Positions 8,786 to 19,060 are shown, counted from the stretch's first letter. The stretch: DNA of 64,000 bases from Bdellovibrionales bacterium (GCA_031370005.1 JANMPT010000025.1:64001-128000), one strand, 5' to 3'. Numbers and translations: made by a program. The notes: generated from the sequence alone by a model not told the origin.

Positions 8786-9074
8786 AGAGCCAAGATGACG
8801 CACTTTATGACTCATAATGGATCTTTTTTCTAAATAGTTTGCAAAAATAATTTTGAATGAGAACAGATTAATCGCACGTCAATATTTTTGTTTCCAAGAA
8901 TTGTAGTCGCCGAAACTCCAAGCTCTGATTCATGCTAAACATTGTGTTTCAAGATAGCTCAACACGGGGCTCTCGCCATTTTAATGTACAAATAGTCGAC
9001 AATTTATCTTAGAAAAATCTAGAAAAAATCTGGTATTTGTTCATTTTACCTCGACCTATTTTGAGACTAGGCAT

Positions 9075-9101
9075 TCAGCTAGCTAGTTTTAAGTCCGATA
9101 A
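9075..9101 (+). promoter_or_regulatory. Putative sigma28 (FliA) promoter of the metallopeptidase gene
   Basis: TCAG-N15-TCCGATAA, ending 7 nt before ATG 9109. Confidence 0.5.
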
Positions 9102-9108
9102 TTATAGT

Positions 9109-11007
9109 ATGGACTTAAGAAGTGGTGCGGCCCAGGTCGGCGGGCGCTTTATTATATTTTCTCTCCTCCTAACGGGTTGCCAAAACTCGTTTGAAGCTCC
9201 TAGCAGTGCTCCTGTTCAAAGTCCAGAGAGTGCATATTGTGGGGCGGCACAGGCAACAACTTATAGCACAGCAACCACAGTTGTTTCTGGTACGGCAACG
9301 TTCAAATATAGACCTCTACAAACAGCAAGCAATTGTGGGCTTTGTGGTGATCCTGTCGCTCTTGGGACTACCTATGCTGAGGTCCATGTTGTTGATGGCT
9401 CAGGCAATATCATACAATGCGGAGAAACGGATCAGCTCGGTGCTTTTAGTTTAGTTGTTCCTCGCGTGGCCGGGTCTTACAAAGTTCAAGTGCTCTCCCG
9501 CTCCTTTACAAACAAGGTTAAAGCAAGTGTGCTCAAAGATATATATTCATCTGCACCGTATGTTGTCGAGTCCGCATTTAGCATAAGTAGTTCGCAAACA
9601 ACGGCTCCAGGGATTTTGGTCACTGCGCCAGCTCGTGCAAGTGAAGGCGATGGCTCAATTCCTGGGGGAGCCTTTAATATTTTAGCGGATATTTTTTGGG
9701 CGAATGAGTTCTTACGTGCCAACACATCTAGCTCCAGCTTCGTTGCAGATAAAGTGGCGGTTTTCTGGAAGGCGGGTTTCAATCCATACTCTTATTTTAA
9801 CGCACCAAATGCCCTTGCCTCTTTTTATGTAAGCTCAGAGGATCGACTCTATATTTTAGGCGGAACAAATAATGACGTTAAAAATTCTGATACCGATCAC
9901 TTTGATGACTCCGTGGTTTTACATGAGTATGGTCATTTCCTCGAGGCACACTATGGCCACTCGGATACTCCGGGTGGCTCTCATAATGGAAACTTTATTA
10001 TTGATCCACGTCTTGCCTGGAGTGAGGGTTGGGCCAATTATTTTCAAGGCGCTGTACAAAATGGTATTCTCTATAATGGTTCTTACTCGGGCCCACGCAA
10101 AGGCACAGGTGGTTTTTCTATTTATGTTGATACCGTTGGCTTTGCAGGCGACTCGGTCGAAGGTACAGGCTCTTCGCATAACATTCAAATACTTCGCAGT
10201 CTAAGTGAATTAAACTCTTCAGCTGTCTATGATAAGTCTGCTACGAATGAAGGCGTTTTCCGTGAGTTCTCTATTTCTCGCACTCTTTTTAAATCAATGG
10301 CGGCGGTAACTGCTGGAGGATTGCCATTTTCTGCAATTTGGGATGCGTTTAAAGAGCTTCGAAATAGTCATTCGCCTGCTTATAAATTTGTGAACTTTGG
10401 TCTCTATAACTCGATACTTCAAACAATTTTAAATGCAAATTATTCAAGCCAAAGCCAAACAACTTGGAACTCCGTACTCGGCGAGGAATACCAAGTGAAG
10501 AACATAGACCTCTATGGTAAGAATCTTGGCGGCACACAAGCTCCCTCTGGTGGAACTCCGGCGTGCCCTGAAATTACCATGTCACCAGTTATGGATGCTA
10601 CTTACGGCTATGATCGCTCCAATCAACTAATGTCCAATGATTTTTATACTTTTTATCACGATGGCACGAGCAAACAAATGGGTTTAAAATCTAGATCCAC
10701 TGGCAACATTATTGATATGAATCTTTATCTCTATGCAGATGCCTACTATTATTCGGAAGAAATTCAAGAGGCCCAGGCCGGCTTTAGCAACTCAACTATG
10801 CTTCGAAAAAGCAAGACTGTGAATACGGCAAGTAGCTCAGAGACCGAGGTCATTGATCTTACGGGGCTTCCTGCCGGTTACTATATGGTGAATGTAAAAG
10901 CCTCAACACTAAATAAATCTTCGTCTTACTTATCAGGTGGAACTGCAAATTATTATTTATACTTTGGCAACAGCTCAACGGTGACAACATGTTTAATACC
11001 AAATTAA
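9109..11007 (+). CDS. Lipoprotein zinc metallopeptidase (gluzincin-type) with a C-terminal beta domain
   Basis: Lipobox LTGC, VVLHEYGHFLE, and downstream AWSEGWA supplying the third-ligand Glu. The C-terminus is PPC-like. Confidence 0.75.
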   Translation: MDLRSGAAQVGGRFIIFSLLLTGCQNSFEAPSSAPVQSPESAYCGAAQATTYSTATTVVSGTATFKYRPLQTASNCGLCGDPVALGTTYAEVHVVDGSGNIIQCGETDQLGAFSLVVPRVAGSYKVQVLSRSFTNKVKASVLKDIYSSAPYVVESAFSISSSQTTAPGILVTAPARASEGDGSIPGGAFNILADIFWANEFLRANTSSSSFVADKVAVFWKAGFNPYSYFNAPNALASFYVSSEDRLYILGGTNNDVKNSDTDHFDDSVVLHEYGHFLEAHYGHSDTPGGSHNGNFIIDPRLAWSEGWANYFQGAVQNGILYNGSYSGPRKGTGGFSIYVDTVGFAGDSVEGTGSSHNIQILRSLSELNSSAVYDKSATNEGVFREFSISRTLFKSMAAVTAGGLPFSAIWDAFKELRNSHSPAYKFVNFGLYNSILQTILNANYSSQSQTTWNSVLGEEYQVKNIDLYGKNLGGTQAPSGGTPACPEITMSPVMDATYGYDRSNQLMSNDFYTFYHDGTSKQMGLKSRSTGNIIDMNLYLYADAYYYSEEIQEAQAGFSNSTMLRKSKTVNTASSSETEVIDLTGLPAGYYMVNVKASTLNKSSSYLSGGTANYYLYFGNSSTVTTCLIPN

Positions 11008-11546
11008 AGACGAAATTAAAGTCAGAGACACTTATCAGATTCTTTCTCTTAGGAGTCATGGGATTCGTCCTTGGCGGAGCGGGCATGTACTTCTATCAAA
11101 AACAGCAAGGGGTTCACCGTTCGATAGCAAGCATCAAACTCTATCGACCCCACGGTTTGATGATAGGAAAGCAGGCCGCAGCTATGACTGTTGAAATTGT
11201 TGGCCCTGAGAGTTACCCAGATGATAATACGGAGATTGTCGAGTTAGTGGGTTATGTCACTCAACATCTTTCTGCGGAAAGTTGGGTTGAGTACGAATGG
11301 GTTTTACCAGAAGATGTCGAATTAGTGCGAGGACCTCTGTCGAATAATTTAGGAAATTTAAAGATGGGGAGTCCCTATCAAGTGTCAATTTTAGTTAAAG
11401 GCTTTTCACGTGAAAAACAAAAGTTAATCGTATTAAAATCACATTTGCTAAACACACAAAATCCGCTTATGGCTTCTGCAGTGGTCGTCAGCCGTCCCGA
11501 AGACACCATGGAATCCAAAGTCATGAACGTACGGCCTTCTTTTTAG
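10989..11546 (+). CDS. Membrane-anchored hypothetical protein; 3' end formed by an inverted repeat
   Basis: One N-terminal TM helix and a beta-rich periplasmic part. Overlaps the peptidase gene by 19 nt. Confidence 0.65.
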   Translation: MFNTKLKTKLKSETLIRFFLLGVMGFVLGGAGMYFYQKQQGVHRSIASIKLYRPHGLMIGKQAAAMTVEIVGPESYPDDNTEIVELVGYVTQHLSAESWVEYEWVLPEDVELVRGPLSNNLGNLKMGSPYQVSILVKGFSREKQKLIVLKSHLLNTQNPLMASAVVVSRPEDTMESKVMNVRPSF

Positions 11547-11579
11547 TATTGCGATGCAATACTAAAAAGAAGGCCGTAC
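11529..11579. repeat. Perfect 24-bp inverted repeat with a 3-nt loop (REP/REPIN-like or bidirectional terminator)
   Basis: GTACGGCCTTCTTTTTAGTATTGC-gat-GCAATACTAAAAAGAAGGCCGTAC between convergent genes. Confidence 0.9.
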
Positions 11580-12140
11580 CTAAAGAGGAATTACTTCAAT
11601 TTGTGGGTTGAATTCGTCGCGGAGGATTCCTTCGATTGCCATCAGGGTTCCCGTCGTCGCGCTTGGGCATGTTCCGCAAGCTCCTTGATAGAATACAGTG
11701 AGCTTATTGTCCTCGTAGCTCACGATATCTAAGTCTCCGCCGTCGCCTTGAAGACCTGGTCGCACAGTACGATCCAAGATTTCTTCGATCTGCTGTACCT
11801 CTGGAGATTGGCTTTGGCGACGAAGCTTTTTCTCGTCGATAGGAGTTTGATTTGGGTTATGAACTGCAATGCGCGCTTGAATTACTGCACAGGCAGCTTT
11901 TTGGATTTCGTCAGGGTCTGCGTCAAAACTATGGGTTATCGTGATCACATTTTGAAAAAAGTGGGCCTGTTTAACTCCAGGTATTTCAAAAAGACCTGTG
12001 GCTAAGTGATTCTGTGCGGCCTCTTCAATACTGGAATAAGTCGCTTTACCCTCGGTTAAAACAGCACGGTCTAATACAAATTTCCAGGCTGCAGGATTGG
12101 GTGTCGCCTGAGTTCTAATTAATACGTCTTGTGTGCTCAT
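11580..12140 (-). CDS. Nfu/NifU-type Fe-S carrier protein
   Basis: Nfu_N motif TPNP..KF and NifU-C motif DGGD...YQGACGTCPS. Confidence 0.9.
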   Translation of the reverse strand: MSTQDVLIRTQATPNPAAWKFVLDRAVLTEGKATYSSIEEAAQNHLATGLFEIPGVKQAHFFQNVITITHSFDADPDEIQKAACAVIQARIAVHNPNQTPIDEKKLRRQSQSPEVQQIEEILDRTVRPGLQGDGGDLDIVSYEDNKLTVFYQGACGTCPSATTGTLMAIEGILRDEFNPQIEVIPL

Positions 12141-13363
12141 TAAAATAACTCCTGAGCTTTTTTAACGGCTTTTAAAAAGCTCTCAATATCTTGTAAATTG
12201 TTATAAACCGAAAAAGAAGCACGTACGGTCCCCGAAATGCCAAAACGTTTCATCAATGGCTGACAGCAATGGTGTCCCGCACGGACAGCAATTCCTTGCT
12301 GGTCAAGAATTTGGCCGACATCCGAGTGGTGGACGCCTTCAAGGTTGAAGCTTAACACGGGTCCCTTATTTGCTGCGACGCCAACAAGCCTTACTCGTGG
12401 GATTTTTAGAAGGCCTTCCGTAGCCGCAGCAAGTAGCTCTTTTTTGTGGGCATTGATTTTATCGAAGCCAATGCTGTTTACAAAATCAATGGCCGTGTGC
12501 AAGGCAACTGCGCCCTCCACATTCGGAGTACCGGCTTCAAAGCGGTAAGGAACTTCATTGTAGGTTGTTTTTTCAAATGAAACATTTGAAATCATGCTGC
12601 CACCGCCTTGGTAAGGAGGCATTTGCTCCAGCAGTTCTTTTTTGCCAAAAAGAATGCCAATGCCAAAGGGAGCAAACAGCTTGTGTCCAGAGAACACAAA
12701 AAAATCACAACCCAAGGCTTGAATGTCGATGAGCTCTTGAGACACTAACTGGGCTCCATCAACCAGTACCTTTGCTCCCACTTTATGAGCGGCCTCGGTC
12801 AAAAATCGAATATCGTTCACAGTACCCAAGGTGTTTGAACACGCCGTGAACGCAAATATTTTTGTTTTTGTCGAAAGTTTTTCCTTAAAATCCGCCAGAT
12901 CCAATTCGCCATTGTCTTTCACGGCGACAGCTAAAACTTTAGCTTTCTTTTCTTCAGCAACCATTTGCCAGGGAACTATGTTTGCGTGATGTTCCATTTC
13001 TGTGAGCAGGATCTCGTCACCCTCTTTAAGAAGGGAACGCGCATATGTTTGGGCAGCAAGATTAATAGACTCCGTGGTTCCGCGAGTAAAAACAATCTCA
13101 TCTGCGGACTTCGCATTGAGAAACTTTGCTACCGCTGCTCGCGCATCCTCGAAATTCACCGTCGCCTTATCAGCTAAGAAGTGTGCCCCTCGATGTACAT
13201 TGGAAATTTCATACTGGTTAAACTCGTAAATGCGCTTTGCCACAAGTTCAGGCTTCAGGGTTGTTGCCGCACTGTCTAGGTAAACCAAGTTTGTACCATG
13301 CACTTTTTGAGTGAGGGCAGGGAACTGGGATCTTACTTTTTCAAAAAACATATCATGGTTCAT
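12140..13363 (-). CDS. sufS: Cysteine desulfurase SufS
   Basis: YLDSAAT, FSGHK (PLP lysine) and RAGHHC. Confidence 0.95.
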   Translation of the reverse strand: MNHDMFFEKVRSQFPALTQKVHGTNLVYLDSAATTLKPELVAKRIYEFNQYEISNVHRGAHFLADKATVNFEDARAAVAKFLNAKSADEIVFTRGTTESINLAAQTYARSLLKEGDEILLTEMEHHANIVPWQMVAEEKKAKVLAVAVKDNGELDLADFKEKLSTKTKIFAFTACSNTLGTVNDIRFLTEAAHKVGAKVLVDGAQLVSQELIDIQALGCDFFVFSGHKLFAPFGIGILFGKKELLEQMPPYQGGGSMISNVSFEKTTYNEVPYRFEAGTPNVEGAVALHTAIDFVNSIGFDKINAHKKELLAAATEGLLKIPRVRLVGVAANKGPVLSFNLEGVHHSDVGQILDQQGIAVRAGHHCCQPLMKRFGISGTVRASFSVYNNLQDIESFLKAVKKAQELF

Positions 13364-13364
13364 A

Positions 13365-14639
13365 TTATTGTATTGCAACGTGAAGCCCTTTAAAGGCCTC
13401 ACGGAGCTCGCCGCTTAAATAATTTTTTAGATCTTCATTTTCAAGCTTATAAATCAACTCAGATGCATAACCGAGACTCATCATTGAAATAGCAATCTCA
13501 GGCGAAATCGCACGGCTTTCTAGATAAAATAACTCTTCGCGATCTAACTGACCTACGGTCGAGCCATGGCTGGCCTTTACGTCGTCGGCATAAACTTCTA
13601 GCTGTGGTTTACTGTCTGCCTCTGCCTCTCGACTGAGCAATAAGTTATTATTAAGTTGCTCAGAGGTGGCCCTCATGGCGCCGTGACGAATGCAAACTTT
13701 GCCATTAAATACACCGCGGGAATTCTCCGCCAAAATGCCTTTGTAGTGCTGAGTGCTATTGCAGGCACCGACCTGATGATCAATTGTTGTCGTATTGTCG
13801 ACATGTTGATGGTCTTTAGCTATATAAACGCCATCTACAATTGCAAAGGCCTCTGTTGCATTCAAAGCTAACTCTAGATCATGTCTAGACAACAGGGAAC
13901 CGCTTGAAAAAACTAAATTGTGTAATTGCGAGGCTTTACCAAGCGTAAATATGGTGCGCCCCACATTCACTGCTTGCGAGCCCTCGGCTTGAATGCGTAT
14001 TGCGACAAGCTTTGCTGATTCCTGTACCTCGACTCGCACTTGAGAGTTAACAAAGTATCGTGCATCTTTTTGACCAAAATATGATTCTACAAATTTAAGG
14101 GAAGAGTGCGTGCCTACTTTTAAAGTGATCTGCGTATTTACCATCACCGCAGGTCCGTCCTCAGCCGAGCAATAAAACAGGAAGTTAACAACTTTATCTA
14201 CAGATGTATTTGGCAAGATTTCTAGGCTGTAGTTCTTAGTGAAATACGCTGCATTCAGTGCCACAAAAGAATCTTTGAAGCCCTCAGCATTGTGGAAGTC
14301 TTTGTTTTCGGTAAATCTTGCACCAGCAGGCAGCTCGTCCATCGCTGAAAGTGATTTATTCAGCTGGCCGTTGAAGAAAACAAGATTGATAAATGCCGGG
14401 TTCAATTTCTCTTGGATCACTTTTATCGTTTTAAGAGAGGGACTTAGTTTAACGATTTCTGCTGGCAAGAAGGCATTGTCGTTCAGAATCTTTACGCTGG
14501 TATACTTCCAGTCCTCGTCTTTGCGAGTCGGAAGGCCTTTTGCATTCAAAAAAGCAAAGGCCTTTTCACGAAGAGTTTTGACTCGCGCTTCTGTCGGGAT
14601 TTGTGACGAGAATTCGTTAAAGTGTGTAAGTAAATTCAT
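13365..14639 (-). CDS. sufD: Fe-S assembly protein SufD
   Basis: EDWKYT and KPQLEVYADDVKASHG; position in the suf operon. Confidence 0.93.
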   Translation of the reverse strand: MNLLTHFNEFSSQIPTEARVKTLREKAFAFLNAKGLPTRKDEDWKYTSVKILNDNAFLPAEIVKLSPSLKTIKVIQEKLNPAFINLVFFNGQLNKSLSAMDELPAGARFTENKDFHNAEGFKDSFVALNAAYFTKNYSLEILPNTSVDKVVNFLFYCSAEDGPAVMVNTQITLKVGTHSSLKFVESYFGQKDARYFVNSQVRVEVQESAKLVAIRIQAEGSQAVNVGRTIFTLGKASQLHNLVFSSGSLLSRHDLELALNATEAFAIVDGVYIAKDHQHVDNTTTIDHQVGACNSTQHYKGILAENSRGVFNGKVCIRHGAMRATSEQLNNNLLLSREAEADSKPQLEVYADDVKASHGSTVGQLDREELFYLESRAISPEIAISMMSLGYASELIYKLENEDLKNYLSGELREAFKGLHVAIQ

Positions 14640-14641
14640 TT

Positions 14642-15397
14642 TTATACGCCTACCAACCAATCGTAACCGCGCTCCTCAAGTTTCTCGGCCAACTTGTAAT
14701 CGCCGGTTTCAATTATTTTGCCATTAGCTAGAACGTGGACAAAATCAGGTTTAATATAATGAAGAAGTCTTTGATAATGTGTTACTAAAACAATTGTATT
14801 GTCCTTGCGGCGAAGCTTATTTACTCCTTCCGCGACAACACGAAGAGCATCGATATCAAGACCGGAATCAGTTTCATCCAGCAAAGATAAACGTGGCGAC
14901 AAAACCGCCATCTGTAAAATTTCGTTGCGTTTTTTTTCGCCTCCAGAAAATCCGACATTTACTGGGCGCTCTAGAAAATCTTTTTTCATCGAGACCAATT
15001 TCATTTTTGCTTCAACGTAGACACGGAAGTCTGTTTCGCTCATTGGTTCAGAGCCTTGATGTGTCAAAACGGTGTTATACGCCGTATGTAAGAAATTGAA
15101 ATTACTGATTCCTGGAACCTCTACTGGATACTGAAAAGCTAAAAAGATCCCTTCTTTGGCTCTTTCGTCTGGGGCTAAACTCAAAAGGTTAACCATATTG
15201 AAGTTGATCTCGTACTTCACTTCGCCTTGGGTCACTGTATAAGCAGGATGACCTGCTAAGACTTTAGAAAGCGTAGATTTCCCAGAGCCGTTAGGCCCCA
15301 TGATAGCGTGGACTTCCCCGGCGTTCACTGTGAGGCTTAAGCCTTTGAGAATTTCTTTTTCCTCTACGTTTGCATGCAAATTCTTAATTTCTAACAT
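14642..15397 (-). CDS. sufC: Fe-S assembly ATPase SufC
   Basis: GPNGSGKST, FSGGEKKRNE and LDETDSGLD. Confidence 0.96.
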   Translation of the reverse strand: MLEIKNLHANVEEKEILKGLSLTVNAGEVHAIMGPNGSGKSTLSKVLAGHPAYTVTQGEVKYEINFNMVNLLSLAPDERAKEGIFLAFQYPVEVPGISNFNFLHTAYNTVLTHQGSEPMSETDFRVYVEAKMKLVSMKKDFLERPVNVGFSGGEKKRNEILQMAVLSPRLSLLDETDSGLDIDALRVVAEGVNKLRRKDNTIVLVTHYQRLLHYIKPDFVHVLANGKIIETGDYKLAEKLEERGYDWLVGV

Positions 15398-15401
15398 TTT
15401 A

Positions 15402-16850
15402 TTACCCGACCGAGTTTTCTAGTTTCATTTCAATTAATTTCACAGCCTCAACGGAGAACTCCAAAGGCAATTCCTTGAAGACCTCCTTACAAAATCCATT
15501 AACCAACATAGAAATTGTTTGTTCCTTATTTAAACCCCGGGATTGAAGATAGAAAATTTGATCTTCACTGATACGCGAGGTGGAGGCCTCATGCTCTAAG
15601 GTTGCGGTTTTATTTTTTACTTCTATATACGGATAGGTGTGCGCGCTGCACTCTGCACCGACAAGCATTGAGTCGCACTGAGAATAGTTGCGTGCGTTTT
15701 CGGCAGAGGCCATCACCTTCACTTGGCCACGGTATGCGTTGGAAGAATGCCCTGTTGAAATCCCTTTCGAGATAATCGTACTCTTAGTGTTTTTACCAAT
15801 GTGTATCATTTTTGTGCCCGTGTCGGCTTGCATATAGTCATGAGTCAAGGCCACGGAGTAGAAGGCGCCTTCCGAAGAGTCGCCCTGTAGTATTACAGAA
15901 GGATATTTCCAAGTAATGGCAGAGCCAGACTCAACTTGAGTCCACGAAATTTTAGAATGCTTTCCTGCGGCTTTGCCACGTTTTGTGACGAAGTTATAAA
16001 TACCGCCTTTGCCATCTTTATCGCCGGAGTACCAGTTTTGCACTGTAGAGTATTTTATTTCTGCTTTTTCCAGTGCGATAAGCTCGACAACCGCAGCGTG
16101 TAGCTGGTTTGCATCGCGCTGAGGCGCTGTACAGCCCTCAAGATAGTTCACATACCCGCCATCATCACAGATCAAGAGGGTGCGCTCAAATTGGCCAGTA
16201 TCTTTTGCATTGATGCGAAAGTAAGTCGACAAATCAATCGGGCAACAAACGTTTTTTGGAATGTAACAGAAGGAGCCATCCGTAAAGACGGCGGCATTTA
16301 AGGCGGCATAGTAATTATCAGTGAAGGGGACGACGGTGCCTAAATATTTTTTTACAAGATCGGGGTGTTTGTGAACGGCTTCAGAGATGGAGCAGAAAAT
16401 AACCCCGGAATCCTCTAATGCCTGATCATGGGTTGTACCTACAGATACTGAGTCAAAGATGACGTCCATGGCGATGCCTGAAATGCGTTTTTGTTCGGTT
16501 AATGGAATGCCGAGTTTTTCGAATGTCTTAATAAGCTCAGGATCCAAGTCGCTCATGGATTTGGGACCGTCCGAAGTCTTCTTGGGGGCCGAATAGTAGC
16601 AAATATCTTGGAAGTCAATTTTCGGATATTTTACATGAGCCCAAGTGGGCTCGGTCATCGTTAGCCAGTAACGGAAGGCTTTCAAACGATACTCAAGCAT
16701 CCAGTCGGGCTCATTTTTTTTACTAGAAATTAGCCGAATCACATCCTCGTTAAGCCCCTTAGCTACGGTGTCGGTTTCGATGTCAGTTGTAAAGCCCCAC
16801 TTGTATTCTGTGTCCGGAAGCGTTTGGGCCGTTTTAGAGGTGTTATTCAC
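15402..16850 (-). CDS. sufB: Fe-S assembly protein SufB
   Basis: [21 protein letters not shown] and C-terminal LENSVG. Confidence 0.96.
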   Translation of the reverse strand: MNNTSKTAQTLPDTEYKWGFTTDIETDTVAKGLNEDVIRLISSKKNEPDWMLEYRLKAFRYWLTMTEPTWAHVKYPKIDFQDICYYSAPKKTSDGPKSMSDLDPELIKTFEKLGIPLTEQKRISGIAMDVIFDSVSVGTTHDQALEDSGVIFCSISEAVHKHPDLVKKYLGTVVPFTDNYYAALNAAVFTDGSFCYIPKNVCCPIDLSTYFRINAKDTGQFERTLLICDDGGYVNYLEGCTAPQRDANQLHAAVVELIALEKAEIKYSTVQNWYSGDKDGKGGIYNFVTKRGKAAGKHSKISWTQVESGSAITWKYPSVILQGDSSEGAFYSVALTHDYMQADTGTKMIHIGKNTKSTIISKGISTGHSSNAYRGQVKVMASAENARNYSQCDSMLVGAECSAHTYPYIEVKNKTATLEHEASTSRISEDQIFYLQSRGLNKEQTISMLVNGFCKEVFKELPLEFSVEAVKLIEMKLENSVG

Positions 16851-17310
16851 TGAAGACCTCCTCTGTGATCGCTTTGCGCCTTGGAGCTTTGGCAGTACTT
16901 AGTGGAGCTTCAATCAAGAGCTCTTTTAAAGTAATATTTCCATAAAACTCATTTAGTTTGCTTTGTAGAAGCTGTACGGGAGGCAAAATATTGCAGGTTC
17001 CATGAATTTCGCAGGGATTTTCCTTATGCATACATTTCACCATTGTGGTAGGCCCCTCAATGATTTCAAGAAGTTGCAACATAGTTACTTTGCCAAGGTC
17101 CTTGGTGATTTGATAACCGCCGGAGGCACCATACTCAGCCCGTAATAAAGCATTTTGAGCCATAGCTTGCATCACCCGGGCAGTGGCATCAAACGGCGCT
17201 TGCAAGCTTTCTGAAACTTCCTTTGCAGAAGTTAGCTCCCCTGGAGTTTTGTGGCTCATGTATTTTAAGGCCATCAGAGCATATTCAAGTTTGCGATTAA
17301 GCTTGTTCAT
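16843..17310 (-). CDS. Rrf2-family (IscR-like) transcriptional regulator
   Basis: wHTH with GASGGYQ and three C-terminal Cys; first gene of the suf operon. Confidence 0.9.
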   Translation of the reverse strand: MNKLNRKLEYALMALKYMSHKTPGELTSAKEVSESLQAPFDATARVMQAMAQNALLRAEYGASGGYQITKDLGKVTMLQLLEIIEGPTTMVKCMHKENPCEIHGTCNILPPVQLLQSKLNEFYGNITLKELLIEAPLSTAKAPRRKAITEEVFSE

Positions 17311-17369
17311 AGGTTTTTCCCCAAGTATTGCTGCAAACTAAACGAAAGGGTCCTAAAACTCAAGAGTAA

Positions 17370-17390
17370 ATACGCCTTTTTTTAGCGTAT
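17370..17390. promoter_or_regulatory. Candidate Rrf2 operator
   Basis: Palindrome ATACGC-N9-GCGTAT upstream of rrf2-suf. Confidence 0.35.
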
Positions 17391-17438
17391 ATTATGAGGA
17401 TGCTTCAATTGGAGCTTTGTGATAGAGCTATAAACATT

Positions 17439-18263
17439 ATGAGAGTTTTATTTATTAGCGCGATTTCAATTTTGGTTTTGTTTATTGTCCTCTTGATTTC
17501 CAGACTTTGGGGGATGGGGCAACAATACCCTGATTTTCAACATCCTTTTTTTGAGGGTTCAAGTTCACCGCTAATCATTGTCAAAGGGGAGTCTGAAAAA
17601 GACCTACAAGAAATTCAACGACAAAAGCCTGACGCCGCAGTTTGGTTAGATGTTGCGACAACGAGTGATCAGAAAATTATCGTTTTTACTCGTGATCTCA
17701 AGGCTAAAGAAATGTCGATCGAAACCTACCGCGGACCAAAATCCTTAGCGTATTCTTTTGAACAGCTGAGAAGTATGCACCCTGAGGTTCGTGAGCTCAG
17801 AGGTATCGTCGCTGAGTTCCCAACGCGAAAATTTGTATTGAACATTTTGGATAACGTCACGGGGATTCATATAGGACTAGTTGAAGCACTTAAGGGGCTC
17901 TCGCCGGAGAAACGGATTTTGCTGCAGTCGAATTACAATGTTATCTTAAGCAGCATAAAAGAACTTGAGCCTTTTTGGCTGTATGGTTGTAGCCAGGCGG
18001 ACCTGATGAGATTTTTGACCTTTGAGTCCATGTGGGTACTTCCAGCGACACCGTTTAAAGGCGACGTTTATATAGCGCCATTTATTTTAATTGGAAGACC
18101 GGCCTTTCATGAGAGCACTTTGGAAGAAGTCCGTCGCCGCCATAAAAAAATAATATTAGGGCCGGCGCTAGATAAAAAAGAATTTGATGATGCCATACGT
18201 CTGAAGGCAGATGGGATTCTTGTTGAAAATCTCAGCGATTATTTGAAGTGGTCTAGACCATAG
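17439..18263 (+). CDS. Glycerophosphodiester phosphodiesterase-like protein, degenerate
   Basis: N-terminal TM, GDPD-like LDV..TSD..IIVF and C-terminal ADGIL. The HRG motif is absent. Confidence 0.6.
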   Translation: MRVLFISAISILVLFIVLLISRLWGMGQQYPDFQHPFFEGSSSPLIIVKGESEKDLQEIQRQKPDAAVWLDVATTSDQKIIVFTRDLKAKEMSIETYRGPKSLAYSFEQLRSMHPEVRELRGIVAEFPTRKFVLNILDNVTGIHIGLVEALKGLSPEKRILLQSNYNVILSSIKELEPFWLYGCSQADLMRFLTFESMWVLPATPFKGDVYIAPFILIGRPAFHESTLEEVRRRHKKIILGPALDKKEFDDAIRLKADGILVENLSDYLKWSRP

Positions 18264-18314
18264 TCTTGTATTCTGGGTTGCGGACAAGACGTTTTGGTCT
18301 TAGCCTAGTTACCT

Positions 18315-19058
18315 ATGAATATACCGATCATAAATATTGCCAATGCCGCCGCCAATACACAAGTTGCAATTAATACCAACAGCATGGATGCGCTGACTCA
18401 AGCCAGTGCCGTTGTCCAATTGACCTTGTTGATCTTAGTTGGTCTGTCTATTTTTTGCTGGGCTATTGCCTACACTAAGTATGGACAACTCAAGAAGGTC
18501 CGTGAAGCCAATGAGCAGTTCACTAACAAATTCTGGAAAGTAAACTCCCTTGATACTCTTTATGGAGACATTGATGAGTTTCCCATGAGCAATATGGCCC
18601 ATATCTTTAAGTCAGCGTATATTGAAATGAAAAAGCTGGCGGAGTCTCCATTGGTAACAAAAAGCGAAGACGAGAAGCCTCAGCTTTTGGGTCTTGATAA
18701 TCTTGAGCGGACAATTCGCAAGTCCACAGATAATGAAATTGCCAAGCTAGAAACTCGCCTGACGGTCCTCGCAACTACCGGGAGCACGGGGCCCTTTATC
18801 GGTCTTTTCGGAACAGTTTGGGGGATTATGGGGTCTTTCCATAAAATTGGCGCCACTGGAAACGCCAGTCTTGCCGTAGTGGCCCCGGGTATTTCTGAGG
18901 CATTGATTTCAACGGCGATTGGTTTGGCTGCGGCAATTCCGGCGGTGATTTTATATAATAACTTTGTGGCTCGGATTCGTCGCGAAGAAATTGAGCTCAA
19001 CAATTTCGGTGCGGATTTCCTTAATATTGTTAAGCGCAACTTCTTCAAAGGTGATTAA
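18315..19058 (+). CDS. tolQ: TolQ (MotA/TolQ/ExbB family)
   Basis: PFIGLFGTVWGIM and VAPGISEAL. Confidence 0.93.
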   Translation: MNIPIINIANAAANTQVAINTNSMDALTQASAVVQLTLLILVGLSIFCWAIAYTKYGQLKKVREANEQFTNKFWKVNSLDTLYGDIDEFPMSNMAHIFKSAYIEMKKLAESPLVTKSEDEKPQLLGLDNLERTIRKSTDNEIAKLETRLTVLATTGSTGPFIGLFGTVWGIMGSFHKIGATGNASLAVVAPGISEALISTAIGLAAAIPAVILYNNFVARIRREEIELNNFGADFLNIVKRNFFKGD

Positions 19059-19060
19059 TT

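Noticed and set aside
9037..9108. N-terminal extensions in the ORF track (also at 21651, 35911, 36947 and 62677)
   Set aside because: Signal peptides, SD positions and overlaps with neighbouring genes favour downstream start codons.
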